NCBI GenBank assembly: GCA_964453605.1
Contig: CAYVOI010000001.1
Span: forward strand, 420,095 to 484,094
Reading direction: 5' to 3'
DNA: 64,000 nt
From: an uncultured Gammaproteobacteria bacterium
GTDB lineage: Bacteria > Patescibacteriota > Patescibacteriia > Veblenbacterales > UBA10138
The position numbers and the translations under genes are program-made. Position 1 is the stretch's first letter. The number at the start of each line of letters is the position of its first letter. The notes under the pieces are model-generated. The model was not told the DNA's origin, searched no databases, and saw only the letters and a list, made by a program, of their open reading frames with translations. Shown here piece after piece: positions 26,473-36,374 of the stretch.

Positions 26473-28389
26473 ATGCCAAAGATACTCGGAATTGATTTAG
26501 GCACCACCAACTCCTGCGTCGCCATTATCGAGGGCGGCCAGCCCAAGGTGCTGGAGAACAAAGAGGGCATGCGCACCACGCCTTCGGTGGTCGCTACCAC
26601 TAAAACTGGTGAGCGTTTGGTAGGGCTCTTGGCTAAGCGCCAGGCAGTTACCAACCCGCAGAACACGCTTTACTCTGTTAAACGTCTCATTGGCCGCCGC
26701 TGGGATGATGCGGAGGTGCAACGTGACCTCAAGGTGCTGCCGTTTAAGATCAAGCAGGCGGGTAACGGTGTAAAAATTGAGATGAACGGTAAAGACTACT
26801 CCCCACAGGAAATTAGCGCCATGGTGCTGCAGAAGCTGAAGGCCGACGCTGAGGAAAAGCTAGGTGAGAAAATTACCGAGGCGGTTATTACCGTGCCTGC
26901 CTACTTCGACGACAGTCAGCGCCAAGCCACCAAAGACGCCGGGGAAATAGCTGGCCTCACCGTGAAGCGCATTATCAACGAGCCCACGGCCGCCGCCCTA
27001 GCCTATGGTTTCGACAAGAAAAAGGACGAGAAGATAGCCGTCTATGACCTTGGCGGTGGTACGTTCGACATCTCCATTCTGGAAGTGTCCGCTGACACCG
27101 TAGAGGTTAAGGCCACGAACGGTGACACCCACCTTGGTGGTGACGACTTTGACCAGCGCATCATTGGTTGGATTGTAGACGAGTTTAAAAAGGAGAATGG
27201 TATTGATCTGTCCAAAGACCCGCTCGCCCTACAGCGCGTTAAGGAGTCAGCCGAAAAGGCGAAAATAGAGCTCTCGACTGCTACCGAGACAGAGATAAAC
27301 CAGCCATTCATTACCTCAGACGCCGCTGGCCCGAAGCACCTGGTGATGAAGATCACGCGCGCCAAGCTGGAGAGTATAGTGGGGGATTTGGTCGAGAAAA
27401 CGCTGGAGCCTACCAAAAAGGCCTTGGCTGATGCTGGCCTTAAGACCACCGACATTCACGAGGTGGTGCTGGTTGGTGGCATGACGCGCATGCCCATGGT
27501 TATTCAGGCGGTGGAAAAGTTCTTTGGCAAAAAGCCCAACGCCAGCGTGAACCCGGACGAAGTGGTGGCAGTGGGTGCCGCGGTGCAGGCCGGTGTGCTG
27601 CAAGGTGAAGTGCGCGACGTCCTCTTGCTCGACGTAACACCACTCTCACTTGGTATTGAAACCTTGGGCGGGGTTATGACCAGGCTTATTGAGCGCAACA
27701 CCACGGTGCCAACCTCCAAGAGCCAGGTATTCTCGACAGCTGCCGACGGGCAAACCTCGGTTGAGATTTTGGTGCTCCAAGGTGAACGTGAGTTTGCCAA
27801 GGACAACAAAACCTTGGGTCGGTTTATTCTAGACGGTATTCCGCCGGCGCCGCGCGGCATGCCGCAGGTGGAGGTGAGCTTCGATATTGACGCTAACGGT
27901 ATTCTCTCAGTTAAGGCAAAAGACAAAGCCACCAACAAAGAGCAGAAGATTACTATCACTGCTTCGTCAGGCCTTAGTAAGGACGAGGTTGAGAAAATGA
28001 AGAAAGAAGCCGAGCTCCATGCTGAAGAGGACAAGAAACAGCGCGAGCTGGTGGATATGAAGAACACAGCCGAGAGTACGGTGTATCAGACCGAGAAAAT
28101 GCTGAAAGAGCAGGGTGACAAGGTGCCAGCCGAGGTTAAGACCGAGGTGGAGGCAGGGCTGGCTGATGTGAAAACGGCTAAGGATGGCACCGACGCCGCA
28201 GCTATTAAGAACGCACTCGATGCGTTGCAGCAGGCTGCTATAAAGATTGGTGAGGCTATGTACAAGTCCGCCCAGGGCGGATCCGCCTCGGACGGAGCGT
28301 CTAACGGGTCTTCGACAGGTGATGGACAATCGTCAGGCGACAAAAAGGACGAACCCATCAGTGGAAGTTACGAGGAGGTTAAGAAGTAG
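26473..28389 (+). CDS. dnaK: Chaperone DnaK
   Basis: [42 protein letters not shown]. Confidence 0.99.
   Translation: MPKILGIDLGTTNSCVAIIEGGQPKVLENKEGMRTTPSVVATTKTGERLVGLLAKRQAVTNPQNTLYSVKRLIGRRWDDAEVQRDLKVLPFKIKQAGNGVKIEMNGKDYSPQEISAMVLQKLKADAEEKLGEKITEAVITVPAYFDDSQRQATKDAGEIAGLTVKRIINEPTAAALAYGFDKKKDEKIAVYDLGGGTFDISILEVSADTVEVKATNGDTHLGGDDFDQRIIGWIVDEFKKENGIDLSKDPLALQRVKESAEKAKIELSTATETEINQPFITSDAAGPKHLVMKITRAKLESIVGDLVEKTLEPTKKALADAGLKTTDIHEVVLVGGMTRMPMVIQAVEKFFGKKPNASVNPDEVVAVGAAVQAGVLQGEVRDVLLLDVTPLSLGIETLGGVMTRLIERNTTVPTSKSQVFSTAADGQTSVEILVLQGEREFAKDNKTLGRFILDGIPPAPRGMPQVEVSFDIDANGILSVKAKDKATNKEQKITITASSGLSKDEVEKMKKEAELHAEEDKKQRELVDMKNTAESTVYQTEKMLKEQGDKVPAEVKTEVEAGLADVKTAKDGTDAAAIKNALDALQQAAIKIGEAMYKSAQGGSASDGASNGSSTGDGQSSGDKKDEPISGSYEEVKK
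28267..28296 (+). repeat. In-frame tandem 15-bp palindromic units in the dnaK tail
   Basis: TCCGCCCAGGGCGGA TCCGCCTCGGACGGA, encoding [10 protein letters not shown]. Confidence 0.7.
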
Positions 28390-28414
28390 TAATCGCTGCC
28401 ATTAGACTAAAATT

Positions 28415-28840
28415 ATGAATCCAGATTTAATTCAGGCACTAATGAGTCAGATAATTGTTCCGCTTGGTGTTAGTATCAGCGCAAATTTGGTTTCCAAAGC
28501 TTTAGAAGATTCATTGGTTAATGGTGAAGTAAAGTCTTTAGATGAATTAAAACAAAAATTAGCTTCGTTACTGAAAGTCGACAACGCCAACATTATCGCG
28601 GATAAAGTAGTTACCTTTTTAGCTGAAAGTGGAGATATTCAAATCCGTGGTTCTAGGGTTTTTGGTAGTTCAGTCTTGTTGGCTTCATCTTCAGGTACAG
28701 AATTAAACTTTGGAGATAATAGTAGTGTTGAAACAAAAGCAAAGAGTGCTATTTATGCGGGAGCAAGAGCAGGAGTCATCGCTAGAGGTGGTGCTCAAAT
28801 AGAATTAGATGAGCAAGGTAATATTATGTTCCGTACCTAA
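28415..28840 (+). CDS. AT-rich hypothetical protein inserted in the dnaK operon
   Basis: 141-aa ORF with codon usage unlike the flanking genes. Confidence 0.7.
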   Translation: MNPDLIQALMSQIIVPLGVSISANLVSKALEDSLVNGEVKSLDELKQKLASLLKVDNANIIADKVVTFLAESGDIQIRGSRVFGSSVLLASSSGTELNFGDNSSVETKAKSAIYAGARAGVIARGGAQIELDEQGNIMFRT

Positions 28841-28861
28841 CTATTAAAACGTTATTAGATT

Positions 28862-29152
28862 ATGCCTAACGAACAACAGCAGCAAATTCAGGTGAAGGTT
28901 ACCGACGAGGTACTGAAGGGTGTGTACTCTAACCTTGCCCAGATTGCCCACACCAAAGAGGAGTTTGTGATAGATTTCATGAGTATGATGCCGCCACAGG
29001 GCATTGTGAACGCCAGGGTGTACCTGAACCCAGCCCACGCTAAACGCCTGGCTCATGCGCTCATGGACAACGTTAAGAAGTACGAGGAGCAGTTTGGCAA
29101 GGTGGACGAGGGCAGCCAGACCGCGCCGGAAATTGGCTTTAAGACTACCTAA
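28862..29152 (+). CDS. DUF3467-family protein
   Basis: GVYSNLAQIAHTKEEFVIDF...ARVYLNPAHAKRL...YEEQFG. Confidence 0.85.
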   Translation: MPNEQQQQIQVKVTDEVLKGVYSNLAQIAHTKEEFVIDFMSMMPPQGIVNARVYLNPAHAKRLAHALMDNVKKYEEQFGKVDEGSQTAPEIGFKTT

Positions 29153-29173
29153 ACTTTAAAGCTACCTAAGCCA

Positions 29174-30289
29174 ATGGCCAGTAAAGACTACTACCAGGTT
29201 CTTGGGGTACCAAAGAGCGCCTCGGCAGAGGAGATAAAAAAGGCTTTTCGGAAACTGGCGCACCAGCACCACCCCGACAAGCACGGCGGGAGCGACGCTA
29301 AGTTTAAGGAGATAAATGAGGCCTACCAGGTTTTGGGGAACGCCGATAAGCGGAAAACTTATGACCAGTTCGGCGCCAATTTTGAGCAGGCCGGGGGGCC
29401 GGGTGGGTTTAACTGGCAAGACTTTTCACGCGGTGGTGGGTTTAACAGCCAGGGTGTTAATTTTGATTTTGGAAACTTAGGGGACATTTTTGGTGACTTT
29501 TTTGGTGGCGGGGGGCGCACTTCACGGAGGACTGGTCCACAGCGCGGGAGCGATGTGCAGTTTGTGACTGCCGTGGATTTTCGAGAGGCGGTGTTTGGTG
29601 TGGAGAAAACGTTACGGTTTGAGAAAGATATTGTGTGCAGCCGTTGCAAGGGCACTAGAGTGGAGCCTGGTGCTAAGGTGGAAACCTGTAAAACTTGTAA
29701 CGGGCAGGGGCACGTGGAACAAATGCAGCGCACGTTCCTGGGGAGCATGCGTACCGTGACCGTTTGCCCAACCTGCGGTGGCGAGGGTGAAACCACTGAC
29801 AAGGTGTGCGCCAAGTGTCGCGGCGAGGGGAGAGAGCAGGGCGTTCGGGAACTCAAGGTGCAGATTCCAGCTGGCATAGACGACGGCCAAACTATTCGCC
29901 TGTCGGGTGAGGGTGAGCCCGGGCTTAAGGGTGGCCCGGGCGGCGACCTGCTACTCACTGTGCAGGTGAGACCCGATAGAACTTTTAAGCGCGAGGGTTA
30001 TAATCTCTACACCACTAAGGACATCAGCCTGAGTCTAGCGAGTTTGGGTGGCAAGGTGCTGCTCACTACCCTAGACGGCGATGTGCACATGAAAATACCG
30101 ACTGGTACACAGAGCGGCAAGGTGTTTAAACTTGAAGGTAAGGGCGTGCTGAAACTCAAGAGTAAGTCGCGCGGCGATTTGCTGGTTACCATTCACGTGC
30201 AAACGCCGGAGAAACTGTCACGGAAGCAGAAGGAGGCGCTCAAAGAGTTTTCGGCTTGGGAAGGGGAGGAGCCGGAGGGAAGGCTGTAG
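29174..30289 (+). CDS. dnaJ: Chaperone DnaJ
   Basis: KDYYQVLGV, HPD, G/F-rich region, four CxxCxGxG-type repeats. Confidence 0.98.
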   Translation: MASKDYYQVLGVPKSASAEEIKKAFRKLAHQHHPDKHGGSDAKFKEINEAYQVLGNADKRKTYDQFGANFEQAGGPGGFNWQDFSRGGGFNSQGVNFDFGNLGDIFGDFFGGGGRTSRRTGPQRGSDVQFVTAVDFREAVFGVEKTLRFEKDIVCSRCKGTRVEPGAKVETCKTCNGQGHVEQMQRTFLGSMRTVTVCPTCGGEGETTDKVCAKCRGEGREQGVRELKVQIPAGIDDGQTIRLSGEGEPGLKGGPGGDLLLTVQVRPDRTFKREGYNLYTTKDISLSLASLGGKVLLTTLDGDVHMKIPTGTQSGKVFKLEGKGVLKLKSKSRGDLLVTIHVQTPEKLSRKQKEALKEFSAWEGEEPEGRL

Positions 30290-30387
30290 TATTTGACAGT
30301 TATAGCTTTGGTCTGTAGAGTATGAGGAATGAAAAATCAAACCTAATTCACTGATCCTACAACCACAAAATAAACAGGAGGTTAATA

Positions 30388-30819
30388 ATGATCGAATTTC
30401 GGCACGCCCGCCTGATTGAGCTGTTTTGGAAGGCAAGGTACGACGTACGTGCGGTCGGGTCAAGCGCACGCCGCGCTTTCCAAATTTTTTCCGACGTTTT
30501 GCCACATATTACCAGTGGCAAAATTTTGAACCCCGACCAGTCGCGCGTTCTCATGGCCCATGGCCTGCTACCCTGTGCCTATGAGCCGCCCCAGGCATTT
30601 CAGGAGCTGGCCAACCGGCTTGATATGAGCCCCAGCGAAGTGGCTGAGGCCTATAGCCGGGGAGTAGAAGAGTTTGCCGCCTCACCCGATATTGAGAGCG
30701 TGATGGCTCTCCACGGCGTGTACAAAGAGCGGGGCCATAGCTTTGGCCCCCAGGTAGAGGTGAACGACGCCGTACTGCAGTTTGAACTTCCCACCTTCAC
30801 TGCCGATCAGCGGCAGTAA
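30388..30819 (+). CDS. Orphan hypothetical protein with its own promoter and terminator
   Basis: TTGACA(30293)-17-TAGAGT, SD AGGAGG, terminator hairpin 30844-30876. Confidence 0.7.
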   Translation: MIEFRHARLIELFWKARYDVRAVGSSARRAFQIFSDVLPHITSGKILNPDQSRVLMAHGLLPCAYEPPQAFQELANRLDMSPSEVAEAYSRGVEEFAASPDIESVMALHGVYKERGHSFGPQVEVNDAVLQFELPTFTADQRQ

Positions 30820-30975
30820 CCCTGGGTTCACCATCCCTCTGCGACAGCTCCTGTGGAATATTCCAGGAGCTGTTTTCCTTATAGTTGGGACTGGCTCATG
30901 GTTGACAAGGTAGCAGCCTTACTTTAAAAGTTGTTATAAGATGTAGTAAAGACAACAAAAACCAAATGCAAACAT

Positions 30976-31611
30976 ATGGAGGGAACAATGTACCTAGCAA
31001 TACTAGCGCTGTCAGTACTCTCGTACCTCTTGGGGTCTATACCTTTCGGCTACCTCATCGCCCGGCGGCTGGGCGTAGATATTCGAAGCTACGGTAGCGG
31101 CAACATTGGCGCTACTAACGTCGGCCGCGCGCTCGGCTGGAAGTGGTTCCTGCTTACGCTGCTAGCGGATGCCGCCAAAGGGTTTGCGGCTGTTTCGTTG
31201 GTTGGTGTGTGGCTCGACGAGCCCAAGGTCGGTTTCTACATTCTAGCGGGGAGCCTCGCTATTCTCGGTCACTGCCTGCCGGTGTGGCTCAGCTTCCGCG
31301 GTGGCAAAGCCGTGGCCACTTCGCTCGGGGTTCTGGTTGGTCTTTTGCCGTGGGGGTTTGTGCTCGTGGTGGTGGCCACGTTTGGTGTAGTGTTCCTGCT
31401 TTCAAAGCAGGTTTCCCTGGGCTCCATCTGCGCGGCACTCGTGGCGGTGATTACCAAAATTACCTTGGGGGGCGGATTCAACCAGCAAAACTTCGAGCTT
31501 ACGCTCTTCATGGTAGGCCTGGCGGCACTCATAGTTTACACGCACAAGGAAAACATCAAGAGAATTTTGAGCGGTACGGAGCATAAGGTTCAACTACCTC
31601 GTTCATTATGA
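30976..31611 (+). CDS. plsY: Glycerol-3-phosphate acyltransferase PlsY (start may be 30988)
   Basis: YLLGSIPFG, DIRSYGSGNIGATNVGR, GHCLPVWLSFRGGKAVATSLG, HKENIKRI. Confidence 0.93.
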   Translation: MEGTMYLAILALSVLSYLLGSIPFGYLIARRLGVDIRSYGSGNIGATNVGRALGWKWFLLTLLADAAKGFAAVSLVGVWLDEPKVGFYILAGSLAILGHCLPVWLSFRGGKAVATSLGVLVGLLPWGFVLVVVATFGVVFLLSKQVSLGSICAALVAVITKITLGGGFNQQNFELTLFMVGLAALIVYTHKENIKRILSGTEHKVQLPRSL

Positions 31612-31635
31612 GCGGGGTAGTTTTGTCTAGCGGTT

Positions 31636-32679
31636 TTATGACTCAGCCGTCCCTGGTGTAGGCGAGGGTGCGAGTATAGCCTGAACATCAGGTAGCGTTG
31701 CCGCGCGCACGAGCTTGGATCTGAGCTCCGAAGCACCTGGGAACCCCTTGGCATACCAGCCCAGGTGTTTCCTCAGCTCAAGCAAACCCCGTTCGCCCTT
31801 GCTCCCCAGAGACAGCTCGGCGTGCTGCAGCATCACCTGTTTTATCTCGCCCCAGGGTAGTTCCTGGTAGCTGCCCGTGCTCAGGTAGTCCTTAACCTGC
31901 GTAAACAGCCACGGCTTGCCCCAGGCCCCACGGGCTAGCCCTACACCATCTGCGCCTGTGGCTTCCAACACCTCTTTGGCTTTTTCTGGGGAGTAGATGC
32001 CGCCGTTGGCAATCAGCCTGCCTGGCCAAATTTTTCGTACTTCGGCGATGATGTTCAGGTTTGGTTCGCCGTCGAACGGCTGCTCGAACGACCGGCCGTG
32101 GATCATAATAGCTTGCACTGGCAGGTCCTTAATGGTTTTTACTAAGTCCAGCGCAGTTACCACGTCCACCGGGCATTCATACTGGTCAAGTTCAGCCTCA
32201 GCTTCCGGGTTTTCGATTTTGTCCTTAGTGTCTTGCCCCCGGCGTATGCTGGCGCGGATTTTTATGGACACGGGGAGTGGGGTGCCCTCGCAGGCGGCTT
32301 GGACCAGTTCGTAGCACAAGGGCAGGTTGCGCATGAGGGTTACCCCACCGCCTGATTTTACGACCTTGTACGCGGGACAGCCGAAGTTTATGTCCACACC
32401 AGCAAAACCCATCTCTTCCAAAACTTTAACGGCCTTAAAAAAGTGTTCCGGTTTCTTACCAAATATTTGGCACACCACCGGCTGCTCCATGGGGTCATAA
32501 GCAATGAGCTCGCGGGTTTTCTGGTTCTCGTAGACCAGCGCATCGGCTGAGGCAAACTCGGTGTAGATAACATCCGCCCCAAAGCGTTTACAGAGCTGAC
32601 GAAAGGCGGTGTCAGTCACGCCGGCCATGGGTGCTAAGGCCAGAATAGGTTTTTTGAGTGCGGTCCAAAAGTTTGGCAT
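31636..32679 (-). CDS. dusB: tRNA-dihydrouridine synthase (DusB-like)
   Basis: LAPMAGVTD, DINFGCP, SIKIR, IHGR, IANGGI, RKHLGWY; start set at MPNFW. Confidence 0.88.
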   Translation of the reverse strand: MPNFWTALKKPILALAPMAGVTDTAFRQLCKRFGADVIYTEFASADALVYENQKTRELIAYDPMEQPVVCQIFGKKPEHFFKAVKVLEEMGFAGVDINFGCPAYKVVKSGGGVTLMRNLPLCYELVQAACEGTPLPVSIKIRASIRRGQDTKDKIENPEAEAELDQYECPVDVVTALDLVKTIKDLPVQAIMIHGRSFEQPFDGEPNLNIIAEVRKIWPGRLIANGGIYSPEKAKEVLEATGADGVGLARGAWGKPWLFTQVKDYLSTGSYQELPWGEIKQVMLQHAELSLGSKGERGLLELRKHLGWYAKGFPGASELRSKLVRAATLPDVQAILAPSPTPGTAES

Positions 32680-32773
32680 AAGCGTAGGTACGAGTGTAGC
32701 AGTGGTAGTACCCATTGACAAGATGCACCTTTTTTGCTAGTTTGGAAGCAAACCAACAACAAGGAGGATCGCT

Positions 32774-32941
32774 ATGATAATTCTAGGCGCTCTACTCGTG
32801 CTGGTCGTGCTGGGGCTCATCGGCGCAACCTGGGAGGGCATTCACTCACACGCCAGCCAACGTTACGCCGGCACCCGGACACTCCACGCTTATCGTTTTC
32901 TCCCGGCCGCCAAGTTCTTCCGCTCCTTCAGTTGGAGCTAA
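32774..32941 (+). CDS. 55-aa single-TM small protein (not in the ORF track)
   Basis: TTGACA(32715)-17-TAGTTT, SD AAGGAGG, MIILGALLVLVVLGLIGATW...SFSWS*, terminator follows. Confidence 0.65.
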   Translation: MIILGALLVLVVLGLIGATWEGIHSHASQRYAGTRTLHAYRFLPAAKFFRSFSWS

Positions 32942-32970
32942 AAAGAATTTCTGGCATCGTCCCAACTACC

Positions 32971-33004
32971 AGCCCGAGTCGCAAGACTCGGGCTTTCTTT
33001 TTTT
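32971..33004. terminator. Intrinsic terminator between convergent genes
   Basis: AGCCCGAGTC-GCAA-GACTCGGGCT followed by a T run. Confidence 0.85.
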
Positions 33005-33008
33005 GGCC

Positions 33009-34367
33009 TTAGGCTTTGGTGAGTGGCTTGGTAATGGGGCCCAGTTCGGTATCGTCCAGGGCAAAGCCGTGTTCGGCTATGGTCTGCCTGAGCCGGTCAG
33101 CTTGTACCCAGTTTTTCTGAGCTCTCGCTTGCTCACGTTCGGCCACCAGGTGTTGCACCTCGGTGGGTACGGTGAGCGGTTTAACCTGTTTGAGGCCGAG
33201 GCCTAGAATTTCGTCAAACTTGAGGAGCGATTGCTTTTTGGCGGTGTCGGGGTACTCGCTCTTCATAAGCTCCCATACAACTGCCAAGCCCTTGGGCGTA
33301 TTGAGATCGTCGTTTACTGCGGCCATAAATTTTTCCTCAAACTCAGCGCAGCCGGTTTGGGCATTCCCCATGGTGGCTACTTTGTTTTGCAGCGTTTCGA
33401 GCGCGCTGGCGGCACCTTGCACAGCTTCAAGGGAAAAGTTTAGGACTTTTCGGTAGTGCGTACCCAGGCAAAAGTAGCGGTAGGCAAGTGGGCTTATGCC
33501 GCGGTCGATTAAATCGCGTAAAGTGTAGAAGTTGCCGAATGACTTCGCCATTTTTTTATTGTCTACCAAGAGCCATTCGTTGTGCAGCCAGTATTTAACG
33601 AAAGGTTTGCCAGTCGCCCCTTCTGACTGTGCAATTTCGTTTTCGTGGTGTGGAAAAATATTGTCAACACCGCCGGTATGTAGGTCAAATTGCTGGCCCA
33701 GATTTTCCATTGACATTGCTGAACACTCGATGTGCCACCCAGGCCGACCCTTACCAAGAGGCGTATTCCAGAAAACATCGCCATCTTTTTCATCCCATGC
33801 TTTCCAGAGTGCAAAATCCTGGACATTGTCCTTATCGTATTCGTCCGTTTTAATTCGGCCACTCGCATTTCCCTTTTGTTTGTCTAATGTAATATGAGAG
33901 AGCTTGCCGTAATTTTTAAATTTTTTAATATTGAAATAAACGCTGCCGTCGGGGCTTTGATAGGCGAAGCCTTTCGTTAAAAGTTTTTGGATAAGTGTAA
34001 CCATCGCTTCGATGTAGTCCGTAGCGCGAGTATATTTCTCGGGCGGCAAGATACCAAGCATGCGCACGTCTTTATAAAATTCTTGCGTATAAAATTCAGT
34101 GAATTCTTTTAAGCTGCGTCTTTCTTTTTGCGATTCACGGATGGTTTTATCATCCACGTCGGTTAAGTTCATAATATGGTGTACACGGTAGCCGTTGTAC
34201 AGCAATACTCTTTTCAAAATGTCCGCAAAAATGTAGGCGCGATAATTGCCTATGTGGGGATAGTTGTAGACCGTGGGGCCGCAGGTGTAAAGCCCAACCT
34301 GGCCAGGGGTACGTGGTGCAAATTCTTCTTTCTGGCGGGTCAGCGTATTATAGAGCTGCAGTGACAT
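33009..34367 (-). CDS. cysS: Cysteine--tRNA ligase
   Basis: YTCGPTVY, HIGN, GRPGWHIECSAM, FPHHENE, KMAKS. Confidence 0.98.
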   Translation of the reverse strand: MSLQLYNTLTRQKEEFAPRTPGQVGLYTCGPTVYNYPHIGNYRAYIFADILKRVLLYNGYRVHHIMNLTDVDDKTIRESQKERRSLKEFTEFYTQEFYKDVRMLGILPPEKYTRATDYIEAMVTLIQKLLTKGFAYQSPDGSVYFNIKKFKNYGKLSHITLDKQKGNASGRIKTDEYDKDNVQDFALWKAWDEKDGDVFWNTPLGKGRPGWHIECSAMSMENLGQQFDLHTGGVDNIFPHHENEIAQSEGATGKPFVKYWLHNEWLLVDNKKMAKSFGNFYTLRDLIDRGISPLAYRYFCLGTHYRKVLNFSLEAVQGAASALETLQNKVATMGNAQTGCAEFEEKFMAAVNDDLNTPKGLAVVWELMKSEYPDTAKKQSLLKFDEILGLGLKQVKPLTVPTEVQHLVAEREQARAQKNWVQADRLRQTIAEHGFALDDTELGPITKPLTKA

Positions 34368-34476
34368 AGTGATTGGTTAGTATTGTAACGCGATTTTTGA
34401 ACAATTGACAATTTTAGGGGTTAGGCTAAGGTGAAGCCAAAACATCACTAGAACTGTTAACACAACAGGAGAAAAA

Positions 34477-34953
34477 ATGAAAAAAATGCTCGTTCCATTA
34501 CTGATAGGTGTGGTGGCTGGATTACCGCTCATCGGTTATATCGTTGGCTCGAACACCATAGTTGCTGCGCCAGAAACACTGGCGTGTATCTGTGCGGCGC
34601 TTAGCGCTCTTGGTGCTCTTCTGTACCTTACTACATGTCGGTTTATGAGTCAGGTGTCACCACTGAGGTACGTGGTCGAACTCATAGTAGCCGAAAGCTG
34701 GGGTGTGGGAGTCGCTCTGGGAAGCCTTATTATTACGGTGTACCGTAATACGCTAAGCCTAGAGAGTGGAGCATTTAACAATCAGCTTGTGCTCGTCGCT
34801 AGCGCTATACTCTTCGGGTGCGGGGTGCTTACGGTGGCCTATAAGCAAGGCCACATTAAACTAGGGTTTGGGGAGATGGTTAGTATGGTGGCTGGTGCCG
34901 TTATAACTTTTTCGGTTATCTTTAACCTATACTACCAGCAACTACATAACTAG
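34477..34953 (+). CDS. Orphan multi-pass membrane protein
   Basis: TTGACA(34405)-16-TAAGGT, SD AGGAG, about five hydrophobic segments, terminator 34976-35008. Confidence 0.7.
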   Translation: MKKMLVPLLIGVVAGLPLIGYIVGSNTIVAAPETLACICAALSALGALLYLTTCRFMSQVSPLRYVVELIVAESWGVGVALGSLIITVYRNTLSLESGAFNNQLVLVASAILFGCGVLTVAYKQGHIKLGFGEMVSMVAGAVITFSVIFNLYYQQLHN

Positions 34954-35038
34954 TGCGGCTGAAGTTTGTACATGCAGTCGTCAGTGCGGCAACGTGCTGA
35001 CGACTTTTCTATTGGGTAAGGCATGGTATACTGAGCAC

Positions 35039-35224
35039 ATGTCCAGACAGCCGCTTAATCTCTACGTTTTTGTTGGTGTGCTGGTGGGTGCGTTTGTGGG
35101 CACGTTCTTAGTGCCAGGTTTGGGTACGGTGATAGGTGCTGTGGTTGGCGGGGTAGTGGGGCTGGTAGTTTCACACCAACGCCGGAAGCGCCAGATCCCT
35201 ACAGACGTTCCGCCTAGGATGTAG
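35039..35224 (+). CDS. Glycine-zipper small membrane protein
   Basis: GVLVGAFVG...GTVIGAVVGGVVG; leaderless-type start at MSRQPL. Confidence 0.65.
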   Translation: MSRQPLNLYVFVGVLVGAFVGTFLVPGLGTVIGAVVGGVVGLVVSHQRRKRQIPTDVPPRM

Positions 35225-35242
35225 TTTATTTTGCTTTAACCT

Positions 35243-35276
35243 ACTCCTACCATTACGGTAGGAGTTTTGGTATACT
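35243..35276 (+). promoter_or_regulatory. Putative Rrf2 operator overlapping the promoter
   Basis: ACTCCTACC-N5-GGTAGGAGT, then TGgTATACT 6 nt before the ATG. Confidence 0.65.
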
Positions 35277-35282
35277 GGGGTT

Positions 35283-35696
35283 ATGTTTAAGCTTTCGGCC
35301 CGCGGGGATTACGGCCTCATGTTCCTGAAATCGCTCTCACAGCTGCCCCCTGGTCAGTACGCCACCGTGCGGCAGGTTGCCGAGCAGCAGCGACTGCCAG
35401 CGAAGTACCTGGAGCGGGTGGCGGCCGCCCTGGCTGCTGCAGGGGTTTTGCTAAGCCGTGAGGGGCAGGGCGGCGGCTACGCCCTGGCTAAGCCCTCACG
35501 CGAGCTTAAGTTGGTTGAGGTACTAGCAGTATTGGAAGGAGAACTTGAGCCTGTGCACTGCACGCATGATGGGCGGTGCTGCGACCGCGAACATGCCTGT
35601 GAACGGAAAACCGGCTGGCAAAAGGTGCATACAAAGCTTTACGACATTCTCTTACAGCATACGCTCGCAGATATTTTATCAACAATTAACACCTAA
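35283..35696 (+). CDS. Rrf2-family (IscR-like) regulator
   Basis: [27 protein letters not shown]-terminal Cys cluster [15 protein letters not shown]. Confidence 0.9.
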   Translation: MFKLSARGDYGLMFLKSLSQLPPGQYATVRQVAEQQRLPAKYLERVAAALAAAGVLLSREGQGGGYALAKPSRELKLVEVLAVLEGELEPVHCTHDGRCCDREHACERKTGWQKVHTKLYDILLQHTLADILSTINT

Positions 35697-35707
35697 CCCT
35701 TACATGT

Positions 35708-36307
35708 ATGTTTGAACTTCCTAAATTGCCTTACGCCTTTGACGCGCTAGAGCCGCACCTCGATGCCAAAACCATGGAGCTCCACCACGGCAAGCACCAC
35801 CAGACCTACGTTACCAAGCTTAATGAAGCGCTGGCGACTGCACCGGAGTGGGCCGCCAAGTCGATTGAGGAGATTGTGCAAGGGTATGGGCAGGCCCCTG
35901 AGGGTATTCGCAGTGCACTCAGGAACCACGGCGGCGGGCACTACAACCACTCTATGTTTTGGCAGATTATGCGGCCACAGGGTGGTGGTGAACCAGAGGG
36001 TAGCTTAGGCCAGGGGATTGCGAGCACCTTTGGCGACTTTGGCAAGTTCCGTGAAGCGTTTACCAAAGCCGCGCTCGGTGTGTTTGGCAGCGGGTGGGCC
36101 TGGCTCGTGGCTGACGCCGCCGGCAAGCTCTCTATTACTACTACCCCTAACCAAGATTCGCCCCTGACCCAAGGCTTGCGGCCGCTCCTGGGCTTAGATG
36201 TGTGGGAGCACGCCTACTACTTGAAGTACCAAAACCGTCGGCCCGAGTACGTGGAAGCTTGGTGGAATGTTGTTAATTGGGAAGCGGTGGAGGAGCGTTT
36301 AGGTTAA
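35708..36307 (+). CDS. sodA: Superoxide dismutase (Fe/Mn family, Mn-like signature)
   Basis: [35 protein letters not shown]. Confidence 0.9.
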   Translation: MFELPKLPYAFDALEPHLDAKTMELHHGKHHQTYVTKLNEALATAPEWAAKSIEEIVQGYGQAPEGIRSALRNHGGGHYNHSMFWQIMRPQGGGEPEGSLGQGIASTFGDFGKFREAFTKAALGVFGSGWAWLVADAAGKLSITTTPNQDSPLTQGLRPLLGLDVWEHAYYLKYQNRRPEYVEAWWNVVNWEAVEERLG

Positions 36308-36330
36308 GTCGTTTTGTCATTACTGACCAC

Positions 36331-36354
36331 TTTCTTATTCGCGCGAATAAGAAA
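36331..36354. repeat. Perfect 24-bp palindrome
   Basis: TTTCTTATTCGC|GCGAATAAGAAA between sod and sufC. Confidence 0.9.
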
Positions 36355-36374
36355 ATACTACCCAGCAGTACACC

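Noticed and set aside
32170-32240. About 20-aa insertion in Dus as another palindromic element
   Set aside because: The DNA shows no inverted repeat or similarity to the hairpin families; probably an ordinary loop extension.
32734-33012. 92-aa ORF from the track
   Set aside because: It starts within the promoter; the SD-preceded 55-aa ORF at 32774-32941 in another frame is better supported.
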